A stretch of 64,000 nucleotides of DNA from an uncultured cyanobacterium (GTDB lineage Bacteria > Cyanobacteriota > Cyanobacteriia > Pseudanabaenales > Pseudanabaenaceae), in assembly GCA_963703315.1 (NCBI GenBank), contig OY969811.1:736001-800000 (forward strand), read 5' to 3'. Both the position numbers and the translations under genes were made by a program. Under the pieces are notes generated by a model that searched no databases, was not told the DNA's origin, and saw only the letters and a list, made by a program, of their open reading frames with translations. This document shows positions 40,436 to 51,696 of this stretch, piece after piece. The stretch's first letter is position 1; each line of letters starts with the position of its first letter.

Positions 40436-41821
40436 ATGATTCTTGCTGTACCTCTCGCTTGGCTCCAACTTACCTACGAAAAGAGCCGTCTTCTGGTGGC
40501 GATCGCAGGGATTACCTTTGCGGTGGTCTTAATGTTTTTGCAACTGGGTTTTCGGGATGCTCTATTTACGAGTGCGATCCGATTGCAGAGCAATCTCGTT
40601 GGTGACTTGGTGATCATTAGTCCACAATCCACCAACTTAGTGGGGATGCGGAACTTCTCCCAGCGTCGCCTTTATCAAGCCCTTGGCATGAAGGAAGTGG
40701 AATCAGTTAACCCAGTGTATATCGGACTGGGAGCATGGAAAATTAAAGAAGATCCTGCGGGACAAACTCGCAATATTTTGATTATCGGTGCAAATCCTGA
40801 TGCTAAGGTCTTTAAGATGGCAGGGGCTGAGCCGAATATTGATCGTGTCAAAACTGAAGATGTAGTTCTATTTGACCGAGCATCCCGTGCTGAATTTGGT
40901 CCAATTGTCGGTGAATGTGGAACTCTAGCCTTAAAAGCCAAGTTCACCGATGATGCTTTTGCTTGCAATAATCTTGTCAGTCGTGAAGTTGCTAACCGCA
41001 AGCTGACCATTGGTGGTCTGTTTGAGCTTGGGGCATCCTTTGCAGCAGATGGAGCATTGATTACCAGCGACACGAACTTCTTACGGATTTTTGATAGTCG
41101 GCGATCGGGATTGATTAATGTTGGGTTGATTAACTTACGTCCCGATGCTTCTCCTTACGAAGCAATGCGAAACTTTATTCTCAGTCAACCTAGTGACACT
41201 GTAGTTCTACCCCGTGAGAAGCTCCAACCCGATGGCAAACGAGTGAGAGCGCTATTTCAAGAACGTATTGGTGCAGATGGTAAAATTACTCGCGAAGAAG
41301 ATCAAACCAAAGTAATTATCTCTAAGTCAGATTTAACGGTTGAGGATCTTCAACACTCTCAAGATGCGGCGATCGAGGATACGCGCATTTTGACGATGCA
41401 AGGATATATCGATTTTGAAAAAGGCTATTGGCAAAAGAGTACCGCGATCGGCTTTATTTTTAGTTTGGGAACCGTCATGGGCTTTATTGTCGGCATCGTG
41501 ATTGTCTATCAGATTCTTTACACCGATGTATCCGATCACCTTGCTGAATATGCCACCCTCAAGGCGATGGGTTATGGTAACTTGTACCTTGCTCAAATCG
41601 TGATTCAAGAAGCCTTTGTTCTCTCCATTCTCGGATTTATCCCCGGATTAGGCATCTCTTTTGGACTTTACAATCTGACTAAAAGCGCCACCTTATTACC
41701 GCTATATATTTGGGATAAAGCTATACCTGTAATGATCTTGACCATGATTATGTGCGTGATTTCAGGAGCGATTTCGCTACGCAAGGTTCAATCTGCCGAT
41801 CCTGCTGAAATCTTTGGATAA
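40436..41821 (+). CDS. devC: DevC-family ABC exporter permease
   Basis: 'PLAWLQL', 'VIVYQILYTDVSDHLAEYATLKAMG', 'ADPAEIF'. Confidence 0.88.
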   Translation: MILAVPLAWLQLTYEKSRLLVAIAGITFAVVLMFLQLGFRDALFTSAIRLQSNLVGDLVIISPQSTNLVGMRNFSQRRLYQALGMKEVESVNPVYIGLGAWKIKEDPAGQTRNILIIGANPDAKVFKMAGAEPNIDRVKTEDVVLFDRASRAEFGPIVGECGTLALKAKFTDDAFACNNLVSREVANRKLTIGGLFELGASFAADGALITSDTNFLRIFDSRRSGLINVGLINLRPDASPYEAMRNFILSQPSDTVVLPREKLQPDGKRVRALFQERIGADGKITREEDQTKVIISKSDLTVEDLQHSQDAAIEDTRILTMQGYIDFEKGYWQKSTAIGFIFSLGTVMGFIVGIVIVYQILYTDVSDHLAEYATLKAMGYGNLYLAQIVIQEAFVLSILGFIPGLGISFGLYNLTKSATLLPLYIWDKAIPVMILTMIMCVISGAISLRKVQSADPAEIFG

Positions 41822-41935
41822 ATTTTGGGCGATATGTGCGCTCACCGCACGCGCAGCGTGCGGTGTAGGACTTAGATATATTTGAACAAGAGGCTTAAGC
41901 CCCTTGCCTGTAACCTAAATCAAAGGAAATGCAAT

Positions 41936-44900
41936 ATGATCGCCATACCTAAATATCAAATCCTTGAGAAAATTTATGAAGAAGGAAACTCTCAAGTTTA
42001 TCGAGGTATTCGTATAGAAGATAACTTACGAGTAATTCTTAAGGTATTAAAAATAGAATTTTCAAATATTCAAACTATAGGAAAATACAAATTAGAATAT
42101 GAAATTATACGGGGTCTTAGTTCTGACTTTGTAATTAGCACCTATGGCTTTCAGCAATATGAAAATAGATTTATCATTATATTAGAGGATTTTGGTGGTG
42201 AGTCTTTAGCACAGATCCTAACATTGCAGAAGATTGATATCATTGCCAACCTTAAATTAGCAATTCAAATTAGCGAAGGACTAAGCCAAATCCATGCAGC
42301 AAATATTATCCATAAAGATATTAACCCATCAAATATTGTTTTTAATTCCCATACAAATACATTGAAAATAATTGATTTTGGTATTGCATCGGCGTTATCA
42401 AAAGAAAATTGGAATCTTGATCATCATGATTTTTTAGAGGGAACTTTAGCCTATATTTCTCCTGAACAAACGGGGCGAATGAATCGATCGCTGGATTGTC
42501 GTACCGATATTTACTCAATGGGTGTGACTTTTTATCAAATGTTTACTGGGCGCTTACCCTATACCTCTAACGATCCATTGGAGTTAATTCATTATCATTT
42601 AGCGATGAAGTCGATCGCTCCCTGTTTAGTTAATGCACAGATACCATTGATGCTGTCTCAAATCATTCTCAAGATGTTGGCTAAAACTACTGAGGACAGA
42701 TATCAGAGTGCATGGGGTGTCAAAGCTGATCTAGAGAAATGTTTAAATCAGCTAGAAACAAAAGGAAAGATTGATATTTTTCGATTGGCGGAACAGGATA
42801 TTATTGACAAGTTTTTGATTGCTGAAAAACTTTATGGTAGAGCTAAAGAAGTAGAGGATTTATTAGCTGCTTTTTCGAGGATTACCGATGCTCAAAGCGA
42901 TCGCGTTGAGATGCTTTTAATATCAGGATATTCTGGTATTGGTAAATCTAGATTAGTACAGGAAATCTATAAGCCAATTACCCAAAGCCGCGGATATTTT
43001 ATTTCAGGAAAGTTCGATCAATATCAGCGCAATATCCCCTATTTTGCAATCATTCAAGCATTACAGAGCCTAATTAAGCGCTTACTCACAGAAAATGAGG
43101 ATAAGTTAAATCAATGGCGATCGCAAATTATCAACGCATTAGGTATAAATAGCTATTTGATCACTCAAGTAATTCCTGATTTAGAATTAATCATTGGTAA
43201 ACAAGAGACCAACTTAATTAGATCAAATGTATCTATTAATGAATCAGAAAATCGGTTTAATCGTGTTTTTCAAAACTTTATTCGTATTTTTGCCCAATCA
43301 GAACATCCTCTGGTGATTTTTTTAGATGACTTGCAATGGGCTGATCGCGCTTCTTTAAAACTGCTCCAAATCTTGGCAACTACCACCGCAAAAAATTCGC
43401 TGCTTTTGATTGGAGCCTATCGAGATAATGAGGTGAGTGAAACACATCCGATGATGCAAATAATGGAACAAATTCAACAGGCAAATGGTAATCTGAGCCA
43501 TCTTTTCCTATCAGCACTGAACCTCACCGATATTACACAACTGATTGCTGATACCTTACATTGTTCAACCACAGAAGCTTTATCCCTAGCAGAATTAGTC
43601 CAGCAAAAGACTAATGGTAACCCCTTCTTTATGAATGAGTTTCTCAAATCTCTCTATGATGAAAATTTGATCAAGTTTAACTATCAACTACGCAAATGGG
43701 AATGGTCGATCGCTCAAATTCAGGAACAGGACATTACCGATAATGTTGTGGAACTGATGACAGCTAAGATTCAAAAGCTGAGCGATCGCACACAGGATTT
43801 ATTACAGATTGCATCCTGCATCGGCAATCAATTCGAGCTTGGCACACTTGTCCTTGTATCAGAGTTTTCTCATGGCGATGTTGTAAGGGCCTTAAAAGAA
43901 GCCATCTCAGTGGGATTAATATTGCCTCTTAGCAATACTCACCAAGCAATTCACTTCGGTATCGAGGTAATAAATGAACAGTCTGCGATCGCTTATAAAT
44001 TTGTCCATGATCGCGTTCAACAGGCTGCATACTCGCTAATTTCTGAAGCCAATCAAGTAAAAACTCATCAAAGAATTGGACAGCAATTATTCAAAAATAC
44101 TTCTACTTCAGAATTAGAAACAAAGATTTTTGATATTGTCAATCAGCTTAATTGGGGACTAGATCTGATTTCATCGCCGCAAGAACGCGATCTACTAGCT
44201 CAACTTAACTTAATTGCGAGCAAGAAGGCTAAAGCCTCAACTGCTTATAGTGCCGCCTTCAACTATGCAAAAACTGGTGTGGGATTATTAGGGAACGAAA
44301 GCTGGTCATGTCAGTATGAATTATCTTTAGATCTGTACAATTTAGCCATAGAATCAGCCTTTCTAAATGGTGATTTTGCTCAGATGGAAAATTGGGCAGA
44401 AGTAGTTTTTAATAATGGGAAAACATTACTAGAAAAGATTAGAATCTATGAGATTCTAATCCAATCCTGCGTTGCTCAAAATCAGTTGTTTGAAGCAATT
44501 AGAATCGGCATTGAAACCTTACAATTGCTAGAGATCGAAATCCCCACTCATGCTTCTCCAGCAGATGTTGGCTTGGCTCTGCAATCCTTGCAATCTATTC
44601 TCTCTCAACAGCGCGTTGAAGATTTACTAGAATTTCCATTAATGACCGATGAGATCGCCTTAGCGGCGGTTAATATTCTTTTGAGTATGGCGGCCGCAGC
44701 TTATGTTGCGGCTTCAGAATTATACATTTTTGTTGTACTCCAACTGGTTCAGCTATCGATCGCTAAAGGGAATGCAGAAGGCTCATGCTATGGATATGCC
44801 GCTTATGGCTTAATTCTCTGCTGTTTTATGAATCAAATAGAGCATGGCTATCAGTTTGGACAACTGGCTCTGCAACTTTTAGATCGATTTACCTCTCAGA

Positions 44901-47900
44901 CTTTGAGAGCCAAAACTCTGCATATTGTTTATGTGTTTATTAATCACTGGAAATATCACCTGCGAGAGACTTTAGCACCCCTATTAAGTTCTTATACAGT
45001 CGGCATTGAAACGGGAGATTTTGAGTTTGCCGCCTATAGCTTATGTCTGTATAGCAATTATCGTTACTTTTCGGGTAGAGAACTAACCGAGCTGGAACTG
45101 GAAATGACTGAGTACGCAACGCTCCTCGCCCAAACCAACCAACAAACACCTTTAAAATGGCTGCATATATACCACCAAGCAATTTTGAATTTACTTGGTA
45201 AATCCGCCGATCCTTGTAATTTAACGGGCGAAATCTACAACGCTAAGGTGATGATACCAATACACGAACAAGCAGGCGATCGTAGTTCTTTGTGTCTGTT
45301 GTATTTTCATCAGCTAATTCTTTGTTATCTGTTTGAAAATCATGCCCAAGCCGATCATAATACTTCCCAAGTAAGTTTGTATTTGGAAGCAGGAATCGGC
45401 ACCAAATGCTATGCCCTATTTTATTTTTATGACACGCTTAATCAGTTAGCAATTTACTCAGAACTTACGCCTACTAATCGCGAACAAACGTTAGTAAAGG
45501 TAGCGGAAAATATAGCTAAAATCGAGCTTTGGGCTTCCCATGCGCCCATGAATTATTTGCATAAATGGCATCTCATCGTAGCCGAAAGATATCGAGTGTT
45601 GGGACAGACTTTAGAGGCTATGGAAGCTTATGATTTAGCGATCGCTGGTGCTAAAGCTAATGGGTACATTCAAGAGGAGGCTCTAGCTAATGAACTCGCA
45701 GCAAAATTTTATCTGTCTCAAAATCGGATTACGATCGCGAGAGCATATATGCAAGAGGCAAGACTGGGTTATTTAGAGTGGGGAGCTTTAGCTAAGGTTC
45801 AATATTTAGAAAGCCGTTATCTTGACCTATTGAGAATATTTTCAACCAATATCTCAAATGATATTTCAACCAATATTTCAACCAATAGAAAAGCAACCAA
45901 TAGAAAAGCAACCAAAGGTTCACATACCAGCATTTCACTTGGATCTTCTTCTAATAGTTTAGAAAATTTAGATATAGAGTCTTTTCTCAAGGCTTCCCAA
46001 GCGATCGCTAGTGAAATTCAGCTTGAGCGGCTTCTAGAAACTTTGATGAGTATTCTCATTGAGAATGCAGGAGTACAGACAGGTTACTTACTATTACCCA
46101 CTGATTTGTCCATTGATGCTGATTTATCCCACCAAGATCAATGGACAATTGCGGCAATTAAGACCATTGAATATGATCAGGTGGCTTTGCACTCAATTCC
46201 TGTTGATACAGTTACTACGGATGGTAATCACTATGTACCACTATCCATTGTAAATTATGTGATACGGACTCAACAGAGCGTAGTTCTCAACAATGCGACT
46301 CAAGTTGGTGATTTTCAAAATGATCCTTGGATTGTTCAATATCAGGTCAAATCATTGCTATGTCTACCCCTATTGAGTCGAGGCAACCTTAGTGGGATCG
46401 TTATTTTAGACAATAAACTTGCTACCGATGCGTTTACAAGAGAGCGTTTAAAAGTTCTCAATTTACTCTCATCGCAAGCGGCTATCTCCATCAGTAAAGC
46501 TTGGTTATTAAAGCAAAAGGATGAATTAAATCAATCTTTGCAATCCGAAATTAGCGATCGCCTATTAGCTGAAAAAGAACGCGATCGCCTAGTGGCAATC
46601 ATTCAAGCCTCAACCGATATCATTGGGATATCATCACCGCAGGGACAAGTCCTTTGGAATAATACTCAAGCCAATAGAGTCCAAGGACTCCCACCTGATG
46701 CAGATGTGTCTGGACTAGATATTCCCGCCTATCATCCGCAATGGGCTTTAGAAATCATTCAAAATCAAGGTATTCCTGCGGCAATCGAGCATGGAACTTG
46801 GCTAGGTGAAACGGCTTTACTCACCCATGAAGGTATAGAAGTTCCTGTTTCCCAGATGATTATTGCTCATAAATCAGCAGATGGCAATTTGGAATATATT
46901 TCCACAATTATGCGGGATATTAGTGAAGCTAAAGAGCGGGAGGTCGCTCTTAAGAATTCAGAAACAACATTACAAAATTTAGTAGCAGGCACGGCGGCAG
47001 TTACAGGTGATGACTTTTTCCCTGCATTGGCAAAGCATATTGCAGAAGCCTTACACGTCAAGTATGCGCTAGTTACAGAGTTAATTGATGATCAGCTTCA
47101 TGCCTTAGCATTTTGGGCAAATGGTAGTCTCCAACCACCAATCGCTTATTTTCCTGCGCGGACTCCTTGCGAATTAGCGCTAAGAAATGGTGAGTATATT
47201 TGTGATAGCTTGGTGCAGCAAATATTTCCTGATGATGCTGATCTAGTTGCAATGAAAGCTGATAGCTATATGGGAATTTCGCTTCAAGATATGAATGGCA
47301 ATCCCATCGGTAACCTTTGTATTCTGGATGTCCATCCACTACAAGATATTCAACGGGCTAGCCAAATTTTACAAGTATTTGCGGCAAGAGCCGCCGCCGA
47401 GTTGCAACGCAAAGCCGCTAGTGAAGAGCTATATCAACTTAATCAATCTCTTGAGCTAAGGGTAAAACAACGCACTTCTCAATTAGAAGCAGCTAATCAA
47501 GAATTAGAGTCTTTCTCCTATTCAGTTTCCCATGACTTACGCGCTCCCTTGCGAGCGATCGATGGATTTTCAAGGCTGTTACAAGAAGACTATCGCGATC
47601 GCTTAGATCCAGAAGGTCATCGTTATTTAAAAATAGTCCGCGACAATGCCAAACGGATGGGAGAACTAATTGATGATCTCTTGAATTTATCTCGCTTGAA
47701 TCGTAAGGAAATGTTAAGGCGATCGCTTTCAGTAAATAGACTGATTCAACATATATTAAATGACTTCCACCCAGAGATCCAAAATCGCGATATTGAGATA
47801 ATCATTGCCGATTTACCTAATTGTGAAGCTGATCTTTCTTTGCTCACCCAAGTATGGATTAACTTAATATCCAATGCGATTAAATATACGAGTAAAACTA

Positions 47901-48172
47901 AAAAGGCGCGTATTGAAATCGGCTATCAAGTAATTAATGATCAAGGAACCTATTTTATTCGTGATAATGGGGCGGGATTTGATATGCAGTATGCCGATAA
48001 GTTGTTTGGTGTATTTCAACGAATGCACCTCGATCGCGATTTTGAAGGTACTGGCATTGGACTAGCGATCGTGCAACAGATCATTCAACGTCATGGTGGT
48101 CATGTTTGGGCGGAAGCGGCGATCGATCAAGGCGCGACTTTCTATTTTACAATTCCTGAAGTTTCCTCATAA
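41936..48172 (+). CDS. multidomain Ser/Thr kinase-AAA ATPase-GAF-PAS-GAF-histidine kinase (HstK-like)
   Basis: 'HKDINPSN', 'DFG', 'SPEQTGR', P-loop 'GYSGIGKS', 'LDDLQWAD', 'SHDLRAPL', 'DNGAGF', 'GTGIGL'; ATG at 41936. Confidence 0.92.
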   Translation: MIAIPKYQILEKIYEEGNSQVYRGIRIEDNLRVILKVLKIEFSNIQTIGKYKLEYEIIRGLSSDFVISTYGFQQYENRFIIILEDFGGESLAQILTLQKIDIIANLKLAIQISEGLSQIHAANIIHKDINPSNIVFNSHTNTLKIIDFGIASALSKENWNLDHHDFLEGTLAYISPEQTGRMNRSLDCRTDIYSMGVTFYQMFTGRLPYTSNDPLELIHYHLAMKSIAPCLVNAQIPLMLSQIILKMLAKTTEDRYQSAWGVKADLEKCLNQLETKGKIDIFRLAEQDIIDKFLIAEKLYGRAKEVEDLLAAFSRITDAQSDRVEMLLISGYSGIGKSRLVQEIYKPITQSRGYFISGKFDQYQRNIPYFAIIQALQSLIKRLLTENEDKLNQWRSQIINALGINSYLITQVIPDLELIIGKQETNLIRSNVSINESENRFNRVFQNFIRIFAQSEHPLVIFLDDLQWADRASLKLLQILATTTAKNSLLLIGAYRDNEVSETHPMMQIMEQIQQANGNLSHLFLSALNLTDITQLIADTLHCSTTEALSLAELVQQKTNGNPFFMNEFLKSLYDENLIKFNYQLRKWEWSIAQIQEQDITDNVVELMTAKIQKLSDRTQDLLQIASCIGNQFELGTLVLVSEFSHGDVVRALKEAISVGLILPLSNTHQAIHFGIEVINEQSAIAYKFVHDRVQQAAYSLISEANQVKTHQRIGQQLFKNTSTSELETKIFDIVNQLNWGLDLISSPQERDLLAQLNLIASKKAKASTAYSAAFNYAKTGVGLLGNESWSCQYELSLDLYNLAIESAFLNGDFAQMENWAEVVFNNGKTLLEKIRIYEILIQSCVAQNQLFEAIRIGIETLQLLEIEIPTHASPADVGLALQSLQSILSQQRVEDLLEFPLMTDEIALAAVNILLSMAAAAYVAASELYIFVVLQLVQLSIAKGNAEGSCYGYAAYGLILCCFMNQIEHGYQFGQLALQLLDRFTSQTLRAKTLHIVYVFINHWKYHLRETLAPLLSSYTVGIETGDFEFAAYSLCLYSNYRYFSGRELTELELEMTEYATLLAQTNQQTPLKWLHIYHQAILNLLGKSADPCNLTGEIYNAKVMIPIHEQAGDRSSLCLLYFHQLILCYLFENHAQADHNTSQVSLYLEAGIGTKCYALFYFYDTLNQLAIYSELTPTNREQTLVKVAENIAKIELWASHAPMNYLHKWHLIVAERYRVLGQTLEAMEAYDLAIAGAKANGYIQEEALANELAAKFYLSQNRITIARAYMQEARLGYLEWGALAKVQYLESRYLDLLRIFSTNISNDISTNISTNRKATNRKATKGSHTSISLGSSSNSLENLDIESFLKASQAIASEIQLERLLETLMSILIENAGVQTGYLLLPTDLSIDADLSHQDQWTIAAIKTIEYDQVALHSIPVDTVTTDGNHYVPLSIVNYVIRTQQSVVLNNATQVGDFQNDPWIVQYQVKSLLCLPLLSRGNLSGIVILDNKLATDAFTRERLKVLNLLSSQAAISISKAWLLKQKDELNQSLQSEISDRLLAEKERDRLVAIIQASTDIIGISSPQGQVLWNNTQANRVQGLPPDADVSGLDIPAYHPQWALEIIQNQGIPAAIEHGTWLGETALLTHEGIEVPVSQMIIAHKSADGNLEYISTIMRDISEAKEREVALKNSETTLQNLVAGTAAVTGDDFFPALAKHIAEALHVKYALVTELIDDQLHALAFWANGSLQPPIAYFPARTPCELALRNGEYICDSLVQQIFPDDADLVAMKADSYMGISLQDMNGNPIGNLCILDVHPLQDIQRASQILQVFAARAAAELQRKAASEELYQLNQSLELRVKQRTSQLEAANQELESFSYSVSHDLRAPLRAIDGFSRLLQEDYRDRLDPEGHRYLKIVRDNAKRMGELIDDLLNLSRLNRKEMLRRSLSVNRLIQHILNDFHPEIQNRDIEIIIADLPNCEADLSLLTQVWINLISNAIKYTSKTKKARIEIGYQVINDQGTYFIRDNGAGFDMQYADKLFGVFQRMHLDRDFEGTGIGLAIVQQIIQRHGGHVWAEAAIDQGATFYFTIPEVSS

Positions 48173-48247
48173 GTAATGTAAAAACACAAAATAGCCAAGC
48201 TATTTTGTGTTTTTGCATTAATCACTGGGTTTAGTTTGTAAATTGAT

Positions 48248-48397
48248 TAGGACTTACGCAAACTAACCAAGAACTCAAGTTCTTGGCTGAAAGCTAAAGT
48301 CAGCTAAAGCAGACTAAAACACTCCTATGATCAACCCGTTTCAACGGGTTTAAGCTTTTAGCCTGTAATTTATTACAGGGCTGTTGCGTAAGTCCTA
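48248..48397 (+). mobile_element. 150-bp MITE, copy A
   Basis: TIR TAGGACTTACGCAA; 5-bp direct repeat TTGAT on both sides; three internal palindromes. Confidence 0.9.
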
Positions 48398-48555
48398 TTG
48401 ATATATAGAGATACAGAAGATTGTCTCTCTGCCTTCGTCAGGAAGACAATCTTCTGTATCTCACTGTTACTTAGCAGTTCATAAACTGTCATACTCTGTT
48501 GCAATTTATTGGAAAAGACCGTCATACTAAAATAAGCAATCTGAGAAAAGCCAAA

Positions 48556-51024
48556 ATGGATTTAGTAAATAATGTCAGAGCCAAGTTACTTTTAGATCAG
48601 CGCATGATCGGTTTAGTAGTACTAATCATGGCGGGATTTATTGGTAACTACTGTCGATGGACATTATTTTTTGATATAGATTTTATATTTGGCTCGATCG
48701 CTGTTTGGATTGTAGTTTGTTTGTACGGGGTGAGATGGGGAACCTTAGCGGGTTTTATTGCAGGGTATTGTACTTACATAATTTGGCATCACCCCTATAC
48801 AGTAATAACTTTTACCCTCGAAGCCCTATTTGTGGGCTGGCTATTTCATCGAAAACAGCAAAATAATATTGTGTTGCTAGATGGTTTGTTTTGGTTAGTA
48901 ATTGGGATGCCTTTGATCTGGTTATTTTACGCAAACATTTTGCGTCTTGATCAAACACAAGCTTTAATCATTTTAATGAAGCAGCCAGCAAATGGGATTT
49001 TTAACGCTCTGATCGCTAGCTTAATTCTTACCCATTCACCAGTTCATCGTTGGGTAAAACGTCCCGCCGCAATTAGTACCCTTTCCCTAGAGCAAACCCT
49101 ATTCAACCTATTAGTTGCTTTTGTTTCATTTCCCACGCTTATTTTAATTGTACTGGCAAGTCATCAGGTCGTTGGTGACCTGCAAAATATAGCGAGACTA
49201 CATTTATATGATTCGTCTCGTTATATGACAGTTGAGGTAAAGCGCTGGTATGAGCGACGACTTAGTGCAGTCGATGGGCTTGCTGAGTTGGTGTCTCTTC
49301 AGAGCAATGTCGTCAAACAAAATGCTGCCTTTGTCGGTCGCAGTTTCCCTGATTTTCGACATATTCATGTTTTAGATAGCTCAGGGGCAAAGGTTCTAGA
49401 GTTAGACAATAACACTTCTATGCCAGATAGTGCTTTTGATGAAGCTAAGTATTTTGAGCAACTGAAGAAATCACCTCAACCATTTCTCTCTCCAGTATTA
49501 CCAGTATTATCAGAAAAATCTTCTTTGTCGGTTGTTCTCTTGGGTGTGCCAATCCTGCGGGATGGCAAACTTGAAGGCGCTATTTTCAGTGAAATTGATT
49601 TAAATCGCCTCTCAAAGATTTTGCAAACTAGTTTAGGTGATGAATTATTACAAGTAACTCTAGTGGATCAGCAGCAAACCGTAGCTGCTAGTACGAAATC
49701 TGAATGGATTGGCACAAGAGATTTTGACTGGCGTAAAGATGGCAAAGTTAATCAACTTCAATCTGATACCTATCACTGGTTGCCAACTAAGAGTAGTAAT
49801 CTGATTATGGTGCAGTGGCAAAATTCTTTATATGTGCGGGAATTACCAGTTAGCAAAGCAATTCCTTGGACATTGGTTGTGCAGATTGCGGCAACTGCTC
49901 AAGCTAAACAAATTCAGCAAGTGCATACACGCAATATGGCATTACTCCTTTTGGTGGCAGGATTAGCTCTGATTTCTGCCACCCTAGTTAGTCGCCAACT
50001 CATTAACCCCTTAAATCAGTTAGCAGAAATTACCACAAATTTACCAAATAAACTCCTAGAACAGGAACCTGTGCATTGGTTACGGAGTTCAATTACTGAG
50101 TTAGCTATATTAGTCAAAAATTTTCGTTCGATGGCTTTTATTCTCAAGCAAAAGTTTAGAGAGATCAGTCTTGCTAATGAGTTATTAGAATTGCGTGTCC
50201 AAGAACGTACTCAAGCCTTACAAAAAGCCAATACTGAGTTAGAAATGGAGATTATCGAACGCCATGAAGCTGAAAAAGCTCTCGATCGCCTCAATGCGGA
50301 TCTAGAAAATCGCGTGATAAAACGCACCGCCGAGCTAGAAGCAGCTAACAAAGAACTAGAGTCATTTTCCTATTCTGTTTCCCATGACCTTCGCGCTCCC
50401 TTACGAGCTATGGATGGATTTTCGCGGCTATTGCAAGAAGACTATAGCAATCAGTTAGATTCTGAAGGTCAGCGCTATCTGAAAGTCGTTAGAGATAATG
50501 CTAAGCGCATGGGTGAATTAATTGATGATCTTTTAAATTTATCGAGATTAAACCGTAAAGATATTTCCAAGCGATCGCTTTCAGTAAATAAGTTAATCCA
50601 ACAAATATTAGGTGATAGTGATTTTCACTTAGCGATCACCAAGCGTCGAGTGGATATGGTGATTGCGGACTTACCAGACTGCGAGGCAGATATTTCTTTG
50701 TTAACACAGGTTTGGATTAATCTTCTATCCAATGCCATTAAATATACAAGCAAAGTCGAGAATGCGCGTATTGAAATTGGCTATCAAATAATTAATGATC
50801 AAGGAACCTATTTTATTCGTGATAATGGGGCGGGCTTTGATATGCAGTATGCCGATAAGTTATTTGGTGTCTTTCAACGAATGCACCTCGATCGCGATTT
50901 TGAAGGTACTGGCATTGGGTTAGCGATCGTCAAACGTATTATTCAACGTCATGGGGGCAATGTTTGGGCGGAGGCAGCCGTCAATCAAGGGGCAACTTTT
51001 TACTTCACGATTCCTACGGTTTAA
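48556..51024 (+). CDS. membrane sensor histidine kinase (TM block, Cache-like, HAMP-like, HisKA, HATPase)
   Basis: N-terminal TM block, extracytoplasmic domain, 'ELESFSYSVSHDLRAPL'; ATG at 48556. Confidence 0.9.
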   Translation: MDLVNNVRAKLLLDQRMIGLVVLIMAGFIGNYCRWTLFFDIDFIFGSIAVWIVVCLYGVRWGTLAGFIAGYCTYIIWHHPYTVITFTLEALFVGWLFHRKQQNNIVLLDGLFWLVIGMPLIWLFYANILRLDQTQALIILMKQPANGIFNALIASLILTHSPVHRWVKRPAAISTLSLEQTLFNLLVAFVSFPTLILIVLASHQVVGDLQNIARLHLYDSSRYMTVEVKRWYERRLSAVDGLAELVSLQSNVVKQNAAFVGRSFPDFRHIHVLDSSGAKVLELDNNTSMPDSAFDEAKYFEQLKKSPQPFLSPVLPVLSEKSSLSVVLLGVPILRDGKLEGAIFSEIDLNRLSKILQTSLGDELLQVTLVDQQQTVAASTKSEWIGTRDFDWRKDGKVNQLQSDTYHWLPTKSSNLIMVQWQNSLYVRELPVSKAIPWTLVVQIAATAQAKQIQQVHTRNMALLLLVAGLALISATLVSRQLINPLNQLAEITTNLPNKLLEQEPVHWLRSSITELAILVKNFRSMAFILKQKFREISLANELLELRVQERTQALQKANTELEMEIIERHEAEKALDRLNADLENRVIKRTAELEAANKELESFSYSVSHDLRAPLRAMDGFSRLLQEDYSNQLDSEGQRYLKVVRDNAKRMGELIDDLLNLSRLNRKDISKRSLSVNKLIQQILGDSDFHLAITKRRVDMVIADLPDCEADISLLTQVWINLLSNAIKYTSKVENARIEIGYQIINDQGTYFIRDNGAGFDMQYADKLFGVFQRMHLDRDFEGTGIGLAIVKRIIQRHGGNVWAEAAVNQGATFYFTIPTV

Positions 51025-51220
51025 GGTATCGCATTTGAATCTAAGTAGCTGGGCATAATCACAAAACTGTGATGCACGCGCAGCGTGCGCCACAGTTTTG
51101 TGGGTTTTATCTTTAATTGCGCCCAATCTGCTTAGGAAAAGTAAAAATCGTACTGAAAACAACTTAAAATTGCCATATTATCTTAACAATTCAGTGTAAA
51201 GCGCTGTAACATACCACCCC

Positions 51221-51676
51221 ATGACAGATAATCTTTCTCAACAACCTGTCTTTATCTTATTAGTTGAAGATAATCCTGCTGATGCTGAGTTAGCAATGCG
51301 AGCTTTAAGACGTGGCAGAATTAGTAACCAAATCAAGTTATTAGAAGATGGTGCAGAAGCTCTAGACTTTATCTTTTGCCGAGGGGAGTATGCTCATCGG
51401 GAAATCACAGATTATCCCAAAATGATCTTGCTAGATTTGAAGTTGCCTAAAGTGAGTGGACTAGAAGTTTTAAAACAACTTAAGTCCGATCCACGCACAC
51501 AAATGATTCCCATTGTGGTCTTGACTTCTTCGGCTCAAGATAGTGATGTGATCGAAAGTTATAAGTTGGGGGTGAATAGTTATATTGTTAAGCCTGTTGA
51601 TTTTGAACAATTTAATAAAGCGGTTGAACAATTAGGTTTTTACTGGTTGTTAATGAATCGATCGCCAACTCTTTAA
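51221..51676 (+). CDS. single-domain response regulator, Rcp1-like
   Basis: 'LLVEDNPAD', 'LLDLKLP', '[13 protein letters not shown]...FYWL'. Confidence 0.9.
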   Translation: MTDNLSQQPVFILLVEDNPADAELAMRALRRGRISNQIKLLEDGAEALDFIFCRGEYAHREITDYPKMILLDLKLPKVSGLEVLKQLKSDPRTQMIPIVVLTSSAQDSDVIESYKLGVNSYIVKPVDFEQFNKAVEQLGFYWLLMNRSPTL

Positions 51677-51696
51677 GATATTGCCAAGCAAAACTT

